Shown here piece by piece: positions 1 through 10,092 of a stretch of 64,000 nucleotides of DNA. This stretch comes from an uncultured Candidatus Saccharibacteria bacterium (GTDB lineage: Bacteria; Patescibacteriota; Minisyncoccia; UBA6257; CAYRSR01): NCBI GenBank assembly GCA_964427275.1, contig CAYRSR010000001.1, positions 20,394-84,393 of the forward strand, read 5' to 3'. Each line of letters starts with the position of its first letter. Position 1 is the first letter of the stretch. A program made the translations under genes and the position numbers. The notes beneath the pieces were generated by a model. That model did not search any database. It was not told the DNA's origin and saw only the letters and a list, made by a program, of their open reading frames with translations.

Positions 1-1512
1 TAAAACTTCAAAAATACCTATTCTTCCAAAATAGCCGGTGCCATCACAATTTTTACAACCTCGTCCTCTATAAAGTCGAACTTCATCAGTGTTCTTAAAT
101 AACTCTTCGACAACTTGCTGAGGAAACTTGGATAATGCTTCTGATTTTTTGAGTTCATAACTCTCAATGCAGGCAGGACAAATTTTTCTGACCAGTCTTT
201 GAGCTATAACCAAAATTACCGAGGAAGCCACCAGATATGGTTCGGCTCCCATCTCTATCAATCTAATTAAATTAGCAGCAGCATTGATAGCATGCATAGT
301 CGATAGCACTAAATGACCGGTCATTGCTGTATCAATAGCAATTTTAACAGTTTCTCTGTCTCTTATTTCCCCTACCAGAATAATATCCGGGTCCTGTCTG
401 ACAATTGATCTAAGTCCTTGAGAAAAAGTTAAATTAGTCCTGGGATTAACTTGAACCTGGTTTACCCCAGGTATATAGTACTCTACCGGATCTTCAATCG
501 AAGAAATGTTTACCTCTGGAGTATTTAAAATTTTCAATATTGCATACATAGTAGTAGTCTTACCACAACCAGTAGGTCCTCCGGCTATTAGCATCCCATA
601 ACTTTTTTTAGTATATTCTTTAATAATCTCAATATCTTTTTCAAATAAACCTAAGCTATCTAAGGTGAATTTTCTAGCTCGCTCAGATAAAAGTCGTAGT
701 TCTATTTTTTCTCCGGCGGTAATTGGGATAACCGAAACCCTAGCATCAAAGCTATCCTGACCAATAGTTACAGTAAATCTTCCATCCTGAGCAGCAAAAT
801 GTTCATCTATCCGAAGATTACTTAAAACCTTTATTCTGGTAACTATAGAATCATGAACAAATCGAGGTAAAGTAAGTCCTCGCCTTAAGATACCATCAAT
901 TCGATACCTTACTATAGTTTCTTTTTTCATCGGCTCAATGTGAATATCCGAAGCTTCATTTTCATATCCATATCTAATTATGGCATCTACAATCTTTATA
1001 ACCGCAGTTTCAGCTCCGGCAGTTCCACTCTTAATTCTTTTTAGTTCCTGATTAACTACATCTTCAAAACTCTCCTTGACTTGCTGGTGAAAGTATTTCA
1101 AGGCAACTTTAATGCTTCTGGGAGTAGTATAATAAGGAATTATTCTTTGATTAGTTTTCCTCTCCAGCCAATCAATCATTTCTAAATTATTTGGATCAGT
1201 CATTGCCACTTTTATTCCTTCGCTTACCTGATCAAAACAAATTACCTGTTGATTTTTAGCTACTTCTTCAGGGATGATATTTAAAATCTCCTTGGGAATA
1301 GTAACTCTCCTGAGATCAACAAAATTAAAACCCATCCTTTCAGCTATTAGTCTGCCTAAATGTTCATCCTGAATTAGTCCTCTCTCTACTAGAACTTCTT
1401 CCAGAGATATATTTCTTTGCCTGGCTTCTTGCTTGACCGACTCAAATTGCTCCTTAGTAACAAATCCCGGAGCTACTAACATTTCTTCAAGACCTTTTGA
1501 AGTTAACTTCAT
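1..1512 (-). CDS. GspE/PilB-family type II/IV secretion ATPase (N-terminus complete, C-terminus cut by window edge)
   Basis: Minus-strand ORF starting at ATG 1512 and running off position 1. Translation has a GSPII_E N-domain-like start, Walker A GGPTGCGKTTT and downstream Asp/His boxes typical of PilB/GspE. Confidence 0.8.
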   Translation of the reverse strand, partial: MKLTSKGLEEMLVAPGFVTKEQFESVKQEARQRNISLEEVLVERGLIQDEHLGRLIAERMGFNFVDLRRVTIPKEILNIIPEEVAKNQQVICFDQVSEGIKVAMTDPNNLEMIDWLERKTNQRIIPYYTTPRSIKVALKYFHQQVKESFEDVVNQELKRIKSGTAGAETAVIKIVDAIIRYGYENEASDIHIEPMKKETIVRYRIDGILRRGLTLPRFVHDSIVTRIKVLSNLRIDEHFAAQDGRFTVTIGQDSFDARVSVIPITAGEKIELRLLSERARKFTLDSLGLFEKDIEIIKEYTKKSYGMLIAGGPTGCGKTTTMYAILKILNTPEVNISSIEDPVEYYIPGVNQVQVNPRTNLTFSQGLRSIVRQDPDIILVGEIRDRETVKIAIDTAMTGHLVLSTMHAINAAANLIRLIEMGAEPYLVASSVILVIAQRLVRKICPACIESYELKKSEALSKFPQQVVEELFKNTDEVRLYRGRGCKNCDGTGYFGRIGIFEVL

Positions 1513-1519
1513 TTTATCT

Positions 1520-2080
1520 TTATTTTATTATACTACTTTTATAACTTGTTAGAAGATGTTTTATTTTTCGTTTTATTTCGCTCCGATTAGCAGTAGATAA
1601 TTTTAATATAATAGTATCTTTTCTATTTCTTATTCTATCTAAAAACGGATCTGAATGAATACCAATTGTTCCAAGAACCTGGCTTTTACTATTAAGAGCC
1701 TGAAGTACCACCTTTTGAAATCGTTTAGAAAAAATTTCCATTTTTCCAATTTCATCAATAATTATTAAATCTCCCTTTTTCAAACCTCTGAAAATGGAAC
1801 TTACTCCCAATTCTTCTAAATCTTTAAGATTCAGGCCATATTTACTTACTCGCTTCTCACTACGAATATTCTGGTGAGCCAAAATTCCACGCTTACCACT
1901 TAAAGTTACTATACTAAATCCCTTCCTTTTTCCATGAACTCTTATTTCAGAAGTATAAAATCCACTAGCTTTTAAGTTTAATTCCTTTAATATTTCTATT
2001 ATTAATGTAGTCTTTCCGCAGCCAGGCTTACTAGTAATCAAAATATTCTTTACTCCGCTTAAATTTTTAGAACTTTCCAT
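1520..2080 (-). CDS. NTPase, THEP1/COG1618-like P-loop nucleoside triphosphatase
   Basis: 186-aa ORF with Walker A SKPGCGKTT and a size and architecture typical of the THEP1 NTPase family. Confidence 0.6.
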   Translation of the reverse strand: MESSKNLSGVKNILITSKPGCGKTTLIIEILKELNLKASGFYTSEIRVHGKRKGFSIVTLSGKRGILAHQNIRSEKRVSKYGLNLKDLEELGVSSIFRGLKKGDLIIIDEIGKMEIFSKRFQKVVLQALNSKSQVLGTIGIHSDPFLDRIRNRKDTIILKLSTANRSEIKRKIKHLLTSYKSSIIK

Positions 2081-2083
2081 AGT

Positions 2084-2671
2084 TTAAGTAAAAAATTCCC
2101 CTATCCCAGAGCAAATCATCTCTACAGCTAAAGCTGCTAAAATCAACCCCATTATTTTTGCTAGAGCTTGAGTTCCTCCAGTTTTAAGAAACTTAAACAA
2201 ATATTCAGAATTAATTAAAACTATCCAGCAAAAAAACATTGCTAAAAATATTGCCATAAAAACTAAAATTCTTTGTACCCCAAAAACCTGTCTAGTATAA
2301 ATCATTACTGTAGCTATTGCTCCTGGACCGGCAATTAATGGAACTGCTAGTGGAGTAAAAGCAAGATAGTCTTTTTCTTTTTGAATAACCTTGGGAAATC
2401 CTAAAATAATTTCTAGAGAAATAATCAGTAGCAAAATTCCTGCAGATATTCTAAAAGAGGAAAGACTTAAATTTAGCCAATCTAAAATATGCTGACCCAA
2501 ACAAGCAAATATTATTAAAATTAGACCAGAAATTAGAATTGCTTTAGTAATAATTCTTTTTCGAACCGAAGAATTAAAATTGGAAGTTAAAGACAAAAAA
2601 ATTGGAATATTCCCAAATGGATCAGCAATAACTACCAAAGTTATAAAAAGACGTATAAATAAATCAAGCAT
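2084..2671 (-). CDS. MarC family (UPF0056) integral membrane protein
   Basis: 195-aa polytopic membrane ORF. The N-terminal ADPFGNIPIFLSLT motif is characteristic of MarC-family proteins. Confidence 0.7.
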   Translation of the reverse strand: MLDLFIRLFITLVVIADPFGNIPIFLSLTSNFNSSVRKRIITKAILISGLILIIFACLGQHILDWLNLSLSSFRISAGILLLIISLEIILGFPKVIQKEKDYLAFTPLAVPLIAGPGAIATVMIYTRQVFGVQRILVFMAIFLAMFFCWIVLINSEYLFKFLKTGGTQALAKIMGLILAALAVEMICSGIGEFFT

Positions 2672-3649
2672 TTATTTAAAAAAAGTTAGTTTAATAATAA
2701 ACCAGGTGTAAAATACAATATACATTATCCCTTCCCAAAAGTGAAGTTTTTTGGAAAAGTAAGAAATTAATAACAAAAACGTAGCTAAAATTAAAAATGG
2801 TAAGCCAAGAGACAAAGTCAATGCATCTACATTGATAACTCTAAATAGAGATGGAAAACCACCTACAAATAAGAGATTAAATACATTAGAACCAAAAATA
2901 TTTCCTATTGCAATATCGTACTTTCTTCTAATTGCTGCTCTTACTGAAACTACTAATTCAGGCAAGGAAGTCCCTACTGCTAAAGCAGTTATGGAAATAA
3001 GAGAAGTAGTAACAACTAAAGTCTGGGCTAATTTAGAAATTGACTCAACTACAAAGTTTGCTCCTATCGAAAGTCCAATTATAGCTAAAACAAAAGTTAA
3101 AAATACTTTAAATAGCTTTATAATCAAGGAGAGAAATGCTTTAATTGCTTTCCAGTCTGGTCTTTTCAACTTAGGTATTTTTTGAGGAATTTCTCCCTTT
3201 CTCCGATAAAAGGAGAAAAATAAATAAACTAAAAAGGCTAAAATTAGCATACATCCCTCACTAAATTCAATTTTTCCATCCATAATTACTAAGATAAATA
3301 AAACTGTAGAAGTGGCTAGCAAAAAATAATCCAAAGTAATTAAGTCTTTAAGCTTTAAAGTCCGAGCTACTATAGTCATAATTCCCAGTATCAACAAAAT
3401 ATTAGCAACATTAGAACCTATTACATTGGAAGTAACAATTTCAGTTTCCTGCTTAATTGCTGCAGCAGTTGATGAAGCTAACTCAGGAAGTGAAGTTCCC
3501 ATAGCCACTATAACAGTTCCTATTACCAAAGGAGAAATCCCAAAAGCCAGGCCAATTTTTTCAGCACTGAATATCAGCCAGTCAGCCGATTTTACTACCA
3601 AGATAATACTAGCTATAAAAATAAGAACCCAGAAAAAAAGAGAAATCAT
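2672..3649 (-). CDS. CaCA-family Na+/Ca2+ exchanger membrane protein
   Basis: Two internal alpha-repeat motifs, GTSLPELASS and GTSLPELVVS, in a 325-aa polytopic protein. Confidence 0.8.
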   Translation of the reverse strand: MISLFFWVLIFIASIILVVKSADWLIFSAEKIGLAFGISPLVIGTVIVAMGTSLPELASSTAAAIKQETEIVTSNVIGSNVANILLILGIMTIVARTLKLKDLITLDYFLLATSTVLFILVIMDGKIEFSEGCMLILAFLVYLFFSFYRRKGEIPQKIPKLKRPDWKAIKAFLSLIIKLFKVFLTFVLAIIGLSIGANFVVESISKLAQTLVVTTSLISITALAVGTSLPELVVSVRAAIRRKYDIAIGNIFGSNVFNLLFVGGFPSLFRVINVDALTLSLGLPFLILATFLLLISYFSKKLHFWEGIMYIVFYTWFIIKLTFFK

Positions 3650-3942
3650 TTAATAAGCTAATTTTGATACTTTAGTCAAGCGACCAGTAAACCTTAGTCT
3701 CAGTGATTAATTTAAATCTAAACACTTTTAGAAATACCCTCTTGTGGTCTTAATACTCAAGTTAAGTATTTTATTTAGTCAGAAACTTATTAGAAATCGC
3801 ATAAAAATGATAGCTAATTTTTCAATTGTAGTCAACAAAAAATCATACCTAAAAACATACTCAAATTAATCTAAGCCTTGACAAAAGTAAGATTTTATGC
3901 TAACTTATTACCAAATAAAACGATCTTTAAAAAGGAGGGAGA

Positions 3943-4257
3943 ATGGATAGAGAAGATAAGCATTTAGACATAACAAAAAAACTGAAGAAGTTAGTAGAAG
4001 AAGCAGGAGATCCGGTCCATTTGGACACCCCATGGTGTAAAAGATGGAGAGAAACTCACCCTAATTGCAAGGGCTGTGAATCAGAACTCGGATGTGCTAA
4101 GTTGACCAGATTAATGCAATTAGTAGCCCTTTCTTCTCTTTGTCCAGTTGAGAGAGAAGTAATAGAAGAACTTAAATCAAAAATCTTAAAAGCTAGAACA
4201 ATTGAGGAGCTCAATAAAATTGTTGATGAAGAGGATCTTTTTAACCCGCTAATTTAA
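3943..4257 (+). CDS. small Cys-rich hypothetical protein (possible zinc-binding)
   Basis: 104-aa ORF preceded by a strong SD (AAAAGGAGGGAGA-ATG). Contains a C-x-n-H-x2-C-x2-C-x-n-C cluster and is followed by a terminator hairpin. Confidence 0.5.
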   Translation: MDREDKHLDITKKLKKLVEEAGDPVHLDTPWCKRWRETHPNCKGCESELGCAKLTRLMQLVALSSLCPVEREVIEELKSKILKARTIEELNKIVDEEDLFNPLI

Positions 4258-4266
4258 AATACTTCA

Positions 4267-4296
4267 GGCAGGCATTAAAGCCTGCCATTTTTATTT
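4267..4296 (+). terminator. rho-independent terminator
   Basis: GGCAGGC-attaaa-GCCTGCC hairpin followed by ATTTTTATTT. Confidence 0.5.
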
Positions 4297-4331
4297 AAAT
4301 ATTCCCAGCTTAACCTAAAGTTCAGTCTTTG

Positions 4332-4412
4332 TGCCCAGGGCGGGATTCGAACCCGCAGGCCTTTCGGCACGGCACCTCAAACCGTTGCGTCTGCCAGTTC
4401 CGCCACCTGGGC
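4332..4412 (-). tRNA. tRNA-Leu (anticodon GAG)
   Basis: 81-nt class II tRNA on the minus strand. Features: 5' GCCCAGGTGGCGGAA...; acceptor 7 bp; anticodon stem ACGGT/GCCGT with loop TTGAGGT (anticodon GAG, G37); long variable arm GCCGAAAGGC; T-arm GCGGGTTCGAATCCCGC; discriminator A; CCA not encoded. Confidence 0.8.
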
Positions 4413-4414
4413 AG

Positions 4415-4717
4415 TTAAATTTTTAATCGTTTTCTAATCTTTCTTTCTGATGCTTCTCTAGTCCAGTAAAGCTTGGCTCTTTTAGCTGAACCTTCCTTAA
4501 TAATCTTTACTTCAATCAAAGGTGAGTGTATTGGATAGGTCTTTTCCACTGCCACTCCTTCAATAACTTTTCTTACTGTAAAAGTAGCTCCGGGCTCACT
4601 TCCATGTTTTCTAGAAATTACTAGTCCCTCAAAGACACTCTGACTTTTCTCTCCTCTCTTCTCAATTACTCTCACTACCGCTCCAGCTCTAATTTTCTGA
4701 AGTTCTTTTTCAGTCAT
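4415..4717 (-). CDS. rplS: 50S ribosomal protein L19
   Basis: 100-aa ORF with clear L19 similarity (VFEGLVISRKHGSEPGATFTVRKV...KLYWTRE). Confidence 0.9.
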   Translation of the reverse strand: MTEKELQKIRAGAVVRVIEKRGEKSQSVFEGLVISRKHGSEPGATFTVRKVIEGVAVEKTYPIHSPLIEVKIIKEGSAKRAKLYWTREASERKIRKRLKI

Positions 4718-4729
4718 GCTTTTATAATT

Positions 4730-5461
4730 TTAACCATTCATTTTAAATTGTAAAGCATTTAAAACGTCTTCTAGATCAGCAGGAAGACCAGCTTCAATTC
4801 TAACTCTACCTTCTCTCTGCAAGAATGAATTGAATTCTAAACTCAAAGAATGAAGGAAAGGTCTCTTTAAACCAAATGGATTACTCTTTCTTCCATACAT
4901 TGAATCTCCTACTATGGGATGATGAATACTGGAAAAATGTATTCTAATTTGATGAGTTCTTCCAGTTAATGGGATTACTTTAACCAAGCTAAATTCCTGT
5001 CCTTTAAATTTAAAGCTTTTTATTCGCTGATATAAAGTTACTGCTGACTTAACTAACTTAGCCTTTTTTAGATAAGTAGTTCTTTTTACTACTCCTTTTC
5101 TGGATAATCCAATTGGTTTATCAATCTTGCCACTTTTAGGAACTATCCCAAAAATCAATGCTAAGTAGGTTTTCTTAACTTCTTCTTGTTTGAATAAATT
5201 TTTAAAGTAATCAAAACTTTTTTGATTTAATGCAATTATCATTGCTCCAGAAGTATCTCTATCCAACCGATGAACAATCCCTGGTCTGAATTTCTCTCCA
5301 ACATTTCTAACTTCCGGATAATTATCAAGCAGCCAACTTACAACAGTATTATTAGATGAATTCAAAAACTTAGAACCTACTGGCCTATGAACTAAAACTC
5401 CAGCTGGCTTATTTATTACAAGAAAATCAGAAGTCTTATAAATAACTTTAATTTCAGGCAT
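4730..5461 (-). CDS. RluA-family pseudouridine synthase
   Basis: Catalytic HRLDRDTSG motif and GRTHQIR motif. 243 aa. Confidence 0.85.
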   Translation of the reverse strand: MPEIKVIYKTSDFLVINKPAGVLVHRPVGSKFLNSSNNTVVSWLLDNYPEVRNVGEKFRPGIVHRLDRDTSGAMIIALNQKSFDYFKNLFKQEEVKKTYLALIFGIVPKSGKIDKPIGLSRKGVVKRTTYLKKAKLVKSAVTLYQRIKSFKFKGQEFSLVKVIPLTGRTHQIRIHFSSIHHPIVGDSMYGRKSNPFGLKRPFLHSLSLEFNSFLQREGRVRIEAGLPADLEDVLNALQFKMNG

Positions 5462-5474
5462 TAAAACTAAACTA

Positions 5475-5714
5475 TTACTTTTTACCAGCTATTAATCCAG
5501 CTATTATCCTGGCTACAAGGTAGAAAATCCAGACAGGTAAAAACCCAAGCAAAAATGAGGTAGAAATTTCAATTAAAAAATATTTAAAACTTTCCTGAAT
5601 AAATTCTTTTGGAAAACTTAATCCAGTCAAAAGTGCCAGGATAGTTCCTAAAATTAGAGAAAATAAAATAGTTAGCTTTAAAAATTTTCCAGTTAAAAAT
5701 ATGCTTTTTCTCAT
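5475..5714 (-). CDS. small membrane protein, hypothetical
   Basis: 79-aa ORF with two predicted TM helices and an ATG start. Confidence 0.4.
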   Translation of the reverse strand: MRKSIFLTGKFLKLTILFSLILGTILALLTGLSFPKEFIQESFKYFLIEISTSFLLGFLPVWIFYLVARIIAGLIAGKK

Positions 5715-5853
5715 AATTTTTTAGCTATTAAATATTCAACTAACATAATTACTGCTGCTATTATCAAGTATATCAATATTACCACCCAAAGCTTAAATTT
5801 TTTAAACCAGATAGTTTTTCTACTTGATGGAGTCTCCTTAAAAACTTTCATGA

Positions 5854-6738
5854 CTACATCATCCTTAGTCTTTTAATTCTTTCCTCCACTGGAGGATGAG
5901 TAGAAAACAATCTAGTAATGACGCTCTTAGCTTGCTTGCCTTTAAATGGACTAATTATAAATAGATGAGCTGTTGAATAATCAGCAGTTCTTAAAATGTT
6001 ATTATCTGCAGAAATTTTCTCTAAAGCTCTGGCCAACCCTTCCGGATATCTAGTCAACAAGGCACCAGTAGCATCGGCTAAAAATTCCCTTTCTCTGGAA
6101 ACAGCCAGTCTGATTAAAGTTGCTGCCAGTGGAGCTAATATAGCTCCTAACAAACCCAAAACCAATAGCATTATTCCTCCCTCCTTTCTTCTGCGGTTAC
6201 TAAAAAAGCTTGCTCTTAAAAAATATCTGGAAATCAAGGTAACCACTCCCACCAGTACTACTATTACTGTAGCCAGTAAAATATCTCTGTTTCCAATATG
6301 AGCCATTTCATGAGAAATTACCCCTTCTAATTCTACTCTTTCCAGTTTGTTCAACAATCCTTTGGTTACTGCAATTGCTGAATGTTCCGGATCTCTTCCA
6401 GTAGCAAAAGCATTTGGTTGTGAAGAATCAATTAAGTAAATTTTAGGCTTAGGCAAGCCAGCTGTAATAGACAGATTCTCTACAATTCGATGAAGTTCTG
6501 GATTATCTTCTTTGCTAACCGGAACTGCTCCAGTCATTTTTAACACAAACTTGTCAGAATACCAGTAACTTAAAAAGCTCTCCACAATAGCAATAACTAT
6601 AGCTATCACCACAATTAGATATTCATCTAAAATATAGCTAAACAGCCAGCCCAAGCCAATAATTAAAGCTACAAAGCCAGAAATAAATAAAAAGGTATTT
6701 CTGATATTCTTCTCTGCTTGAGTATACAAAGTAGCCAT
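5854..6738 (-). CDS. htpX: zinc metalloprotease HtpX (M48 family)
   Basis: HEMAHI zinc-binding motif, N-terminal TM helices and overall HtpX architecture. 294 aa. Confidence 0.85.
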   Translation of the reverse strand: MATLYTQAEKNIRNTFLFISGFVALIIGLGWLFSYILDEYLIVVIAIVIAIVESFLSYWYSDKFVLKMTGAVPVSKEDNPELHRIVENLSITAGLPKPKIYLIDSSQPNAFATGRDPEHSAIAVTKGLLNKLERVELEGVISHEMAHIGNRDILLATVIVVLVGVVTLISRYFLRASFFSNRRRKEGGIMLLVLGLLGAILAPLAATLIRLAVSREREFLADATGALLTRYPEGLARALEKISADNNILRTADYSTAHLFIISPFKGKQAKSVITRLFSTHPPVEERIKRLRMM

Positions 6739-6780
6739 TTTAGCTATAACTCAACCTAACAGAATTTTTATTTTTCTAAA

Positions 6781-7326
6781 TTAAAACTTTACTTCCACCG
6801 GTTTTCTCTCTTCCAACCCAGTTAATTCAAATAAATCCATTTTCCTAAACTTAAACATCTTCGCAATTATCTTAGCTGGAAAGCTTTCAATCCGGATGTT
6901 CAAATCCCTAACATTAGCATTATAAAACCTTCTGGCTGCCTGAATTTTATCCTCGGTATCTCTTAGTTCCCTTTGGAGCTCAATGAAGTTTTTGGAAGCC
7001 TTCAATTCAGGATAATTCTCAGCTACCGCAAAAAGACTCTTTAAAGCTTCACTTAAAGCACCTTCAGCTGCCCCTTTCTCAACTACTCCTTTTGCTTTAG
7101 TAACACTAGCTCTGGCCTCAGTTATCTTTTCAAAAAGTTCTCTTTCATGAGTAGCATATCCTTTTACTGTATTTACCAAATTTGGAATCAGGTTATATCT
7201 TCTTTTTAGCTGGACATCAATATCAGCCCAGGCTTCTCTGGCTCTGTTCCTTAACTTAACCAGTCCATTATAAGTAAAGATAGTCCACAAAAGAATTATG
7301 ACTACTATGGTTATCGCAATCCACAT
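6781..7326 (-). CDS. lemA: LemA family protein
   Basis: N-terminal TM plus conserved LemA core (AWADIDVQLKRRYNLIPNLVNTVKGYATHE). Confidence 0.85.
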   Translation of the reverse strand: MWIAITIVVIILLWTIFTYNGLVKLRNRAREAWADIDVQLKRRYNLIPNLVNTVKGYATHERELFEKITEARASVTKAKGVVEKGAAEGALSEALKSLFAVAENYPELKASKNFIELQRELRDTEDKIQAARRFYNANVRDLNIRIESFPAKIIAKMFKFRKMDLFELTGLEERKPVEVKF

Positions 7327-7418
7327 AATAAAAATTAAATTAAGTTCCGACCTTTAAACATTAAATCTCATACTTCAATTATACCAAATTTTAAATCTGG
7401 ACAAAACACAATAGATTA

Positions 7419-8672
7419 TCAGCCAATCCAGTTAATCAAAAAATATTTTCTCTTTCCTCTTCTAACTAACAAGTACTTGCCAAACAATTTATCTGAAGGA
7501 AAGAGAATTTTGTGTAAATCTCCAACTACCTTTCCATTAATACAAATTGCACCATTTCTAACATCTTCTCTTGCCTGTCGCTTGGATGAACAGATTCCAG
7601 TTTTAACTAGCAAATCTAAAATATTTAATTGTTTTCCTGAAATATTACTTGTAGGAATAGTATCTTTAATCTGAGCTAAGTCTGATTTAGATAGCTGACT
7701 GATTTTTCCATAAAACAAATAATTCGATATTTTTCCAGCCTGTTTAGAAGCAGATTTTCCATGTACTAATTCAGTAACTAATTTTGCTAAGGTTCTTTGA
7801 GCCTCCCTTTTTTCAGGTTGATTTTTAACTTTTTCTTGTAAATTCAAGATTTCTTTCTTATTCAAAAAGGTAAAATACTTGATAAGCTTAATTACATCTC
7901 TATCATCAATATTTATCCAGAACTGATAAAATTGATAAGGTGAAGTTTTTTTTGCATCCAGCCAGATATTACCTGATTCAGTTTTTCCAAACTTGGTTCC
8001 ATCAGCTTTGACTAATAATGGTAAAGTTAAGCCATAAACCACTTTCTTGCATTTCTTTCTGATTAAATCTACCCCGGCAGTAATATTCCCCCACTGATCA
8101 CTGCCTCCAATTTGAAGTTCACAGTTAAACTTTTTATTTAATACCATAAAGTCGTATGCTTGCAGTAACATATAACAAAATTCGGCAAATGAAATTCCAG
8201 TAGTTAATCTACTTCTTATTGATTGTTTGGAAAGCATATAATTTACCTGAAACCACTTTCCAATATCTCTTAAAAATTCAACTAACTTAAGATTACCAAG
8301 CCAGTCGTAATTATTTATCAACCTAGCTGGATTAATTTTAGATTTAAAATCGAAAAACTTTTTAATCTGATTTTCAATTTTTTTGGCTCTCAGTTTCACT
8401 TCTTTTTCGGAAAGTAAGGGACGTTCTTTTAGCTTCCCACTAGGATCACCTATTAAAGCAGTACCCGTTCCAATTAAAATTATTGGGGTATGACCGTATT
8501 CTTGAAATCTTTTTAAAGTGATTAGTTGAAGTAAATTTCCTAAGTGTAAGCTCTCTGCAGTAGGATCAAAGCCAGCATATACCACAATTTTGCCCTGTTT
8601 TAATCTAGAAGGTAACCCTTCAGTTGCTTGATATATTAGCCCTCTAAATTTTAAATCTTCTAAAATGTTCAT
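7419..8672 (-). CDS. tyrS: tyrosine--tRNA ligase
   Basis: Class I HIGH-like HLGN and KMSKS-like KFGKT motifs, C-terminal S4-like domain. 417 aa. 4-bp overlap with metG. Confidence 0.9.
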   Translation of the reverse strand: MNILEDLKFRGLIYQATEGLPSRLKQGKIVVYAGFDPTAESLHLGNLLQLITLKRFQEYGHTPIILIGTGTALIGDPSGKLKERPLLSEKEVKLRAKKIENQIKKFFDFKSKINPARLINNYDWLGNLKLVEFLRDIGKWFQVNYMLSKQSIRSRLTTGISFAEFCYMLLQAYDFMVLNKKFNCELQIGGSDQWGNITAGVDLIRKKCKKVVYGLTLPLLVKADGTKFGKTESGNIWLDAKKTSPYQFYQFWINIDDRDVIKLIKYFTFLNKKEILNLQEKVKNQPEKREAQRTLAKLVTELVHGKSASKQAGKISNYLFYGKISQLSKSDLAQIKDTIPTSNISGKQLNILDLLVKTGICSSKRQAREDVRNGAICINGKVVGDLHKILFPSDKLFGKYLLVRRGKRKYFLINWIG

Positions 8673-10090
8673 TTAATTTTTGGAAACATTGGTTTTCCTT
8701 TTTTAATCAGGTATTTTCCAGGAGAAATTGGCTTGATGTTTTTAAATATATTTGCAGCAGTTTCAGGCATAAACGGTGATAATAAATCCGAAATTCTTTT
8801 CAAGATAAAAATCAATTCAGAAACTTCAGTAGGATCTTCTATTCTCCACAATTTTCGCTGGTTAATATATAAATCGCCATAAGATATTAGCTCCCAGATA
8901 GCTGCCAAACTCTCATTAAATTTATACTGATTCATTTTTTGTTCAAATTTTTTTTCAATTTTTTTTACTTCTTCAGAAGAATATCCGGCTTGTTTCAATT
9001 TAACATACTTAAATTTAGAGCCAATTCCTTCTATTCTAGCTACCAAGTTTCCCAATCCATCAGCTAAATCTGAATTGTATCTTCTTTCTAACTTAGTATA
9101 AGAAAAATCTCCATCTTCAAATGGTGGAAACTCTCTTAATAGATAATACCTCAAAGTATCTGCACCATACTTTTCAGCTACTTCTATTGGATCAATTATA
9201 TTTCCCAAAGATTTTGACATTTTTTTGCCTTCAACTGTAATAAATCCGTGAACCAAAAGAGTTTTAGGAAGTTGAAGTCCTGCTGACTTAAGAAGCGAGC
9301 CCCAGATTATGCTATGATGCCACAAAATGTCCTTTCCAATTAAATGAACATCAGCTGGCCAGAATTCAGAAAATTTCTGCTCAGGATAATTAATGGTAGA
9401 AAGATAATTTATCAATGCATCTACCCAGACTGCAATAACATATTTTTCATCTCCTGGAAAAGGAATCCCCCAGCTGATATCCCGAGAAATGCTCAAATCT
9501 CTTAAAGGAGTCTTTAATCTTTCTAGGATTTCATTTGCACGATAGTGAGGAATAATAAAATCAGAATTATCTTTGATATGTTTAATTAAAAAATCTTGAT
9601 ATTTACTCATTTTAAAAAAGTAACTTTCCTCTTGTTTATACTCTACTGGTAATCGGTGCACCGGACACAGGTTATTAACCAGTTCTGATTTAGAATAATA
9701 AGTCTCACATTCCACGCAATAGTAACCCTGATAAACTCCCTTATAAACATCCTTATTTTTAATGATTTTATCTAAGACTTTTTCAACCGTTTGAATATGT
9801 CTAGGCTCAGTGGTTCGAATAAAATCATCAAAAGATATATTTAAAACCTGGCTTAACTGCTTAAAGTGATTAACCATTTTGTTTACAAACTGCTCAGGGG
9901 TTTGATTATTTTTTTGAGCTTGTTTTAATATTTTCAATCCATGCTCATCAGTCCCGGTACTAAAGTGAACTTTAAAGCCTTTTTTTCTCTTGTAGCGGGC
10001 AATGACATCAGCCTGAATCTTCTCTAAAGCATGCCCTAAATGAGGCTTGGCTGAAGGATAATCAATTGCAGTGGTAACAAAGAACTTCAT
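8669..10090 (-). CDS. metG: methionine--tRNA ligase
   Basis: HLGH (HIGH) and KMSKS motifs, Cys-knuckle (CVECETYYSKSELVNNLCPVH). 473 aa. Confidence 0.9.
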   Translation of the reverse strand: MKFFVTTAIDYPSAKPHLGHALEKIQADVIARYKRKKGFKVHFSTGTDEHGLKILKQAQKNNQTPEQFVNKMVNHFKQLSQVLNISFDDFIRTTEPRHIQTVEKVLDKIIKNKDVYKGVYQGYYCVECETYYSKSELVNNLCPVHRLPVEYKQEESYFFKMSKYQDFLIKHIKDNSDFIIPHYRANEILERLKTPLRDLSISRDISWGIPFPGDEKYVIAVWVDALINYLSTINYPEQKFSEFWPADVHLIGKDILWHHSIIWGSLLKSAGLQLPKTLLVHGFITVEGKKMSKSLGNIIDPIEVAEKYGADTLRYYLLREFPPFEDGDFSYTKLERRYNSDLADGLGNLVARIEGIGSKFKYVKLKQAGYSSEEVKKIEKKFEQKMNQYKFNESLAAIWELISYGDLYINQRKLWRIEDPTEVSELIFILKRISDLLSPFMPETAANIFKNIKPISPGKYLIKKGKPMFPKIK

Positions 10091-10092
10091 AT

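Noticed and set aside
2832-3653. Plus-strand ORFs 2832-3185 and 3426-3653 antisense to the CaCA exchanger gene
   Set aside because: They are embedded entirely in a well-supported minus-strand gene, have no SD, and their composition reflects the antisense of a membrane protein.
5996-6301. ORF antisense to htpX
   Set aside because: It lies fully inside htpX with no start context.
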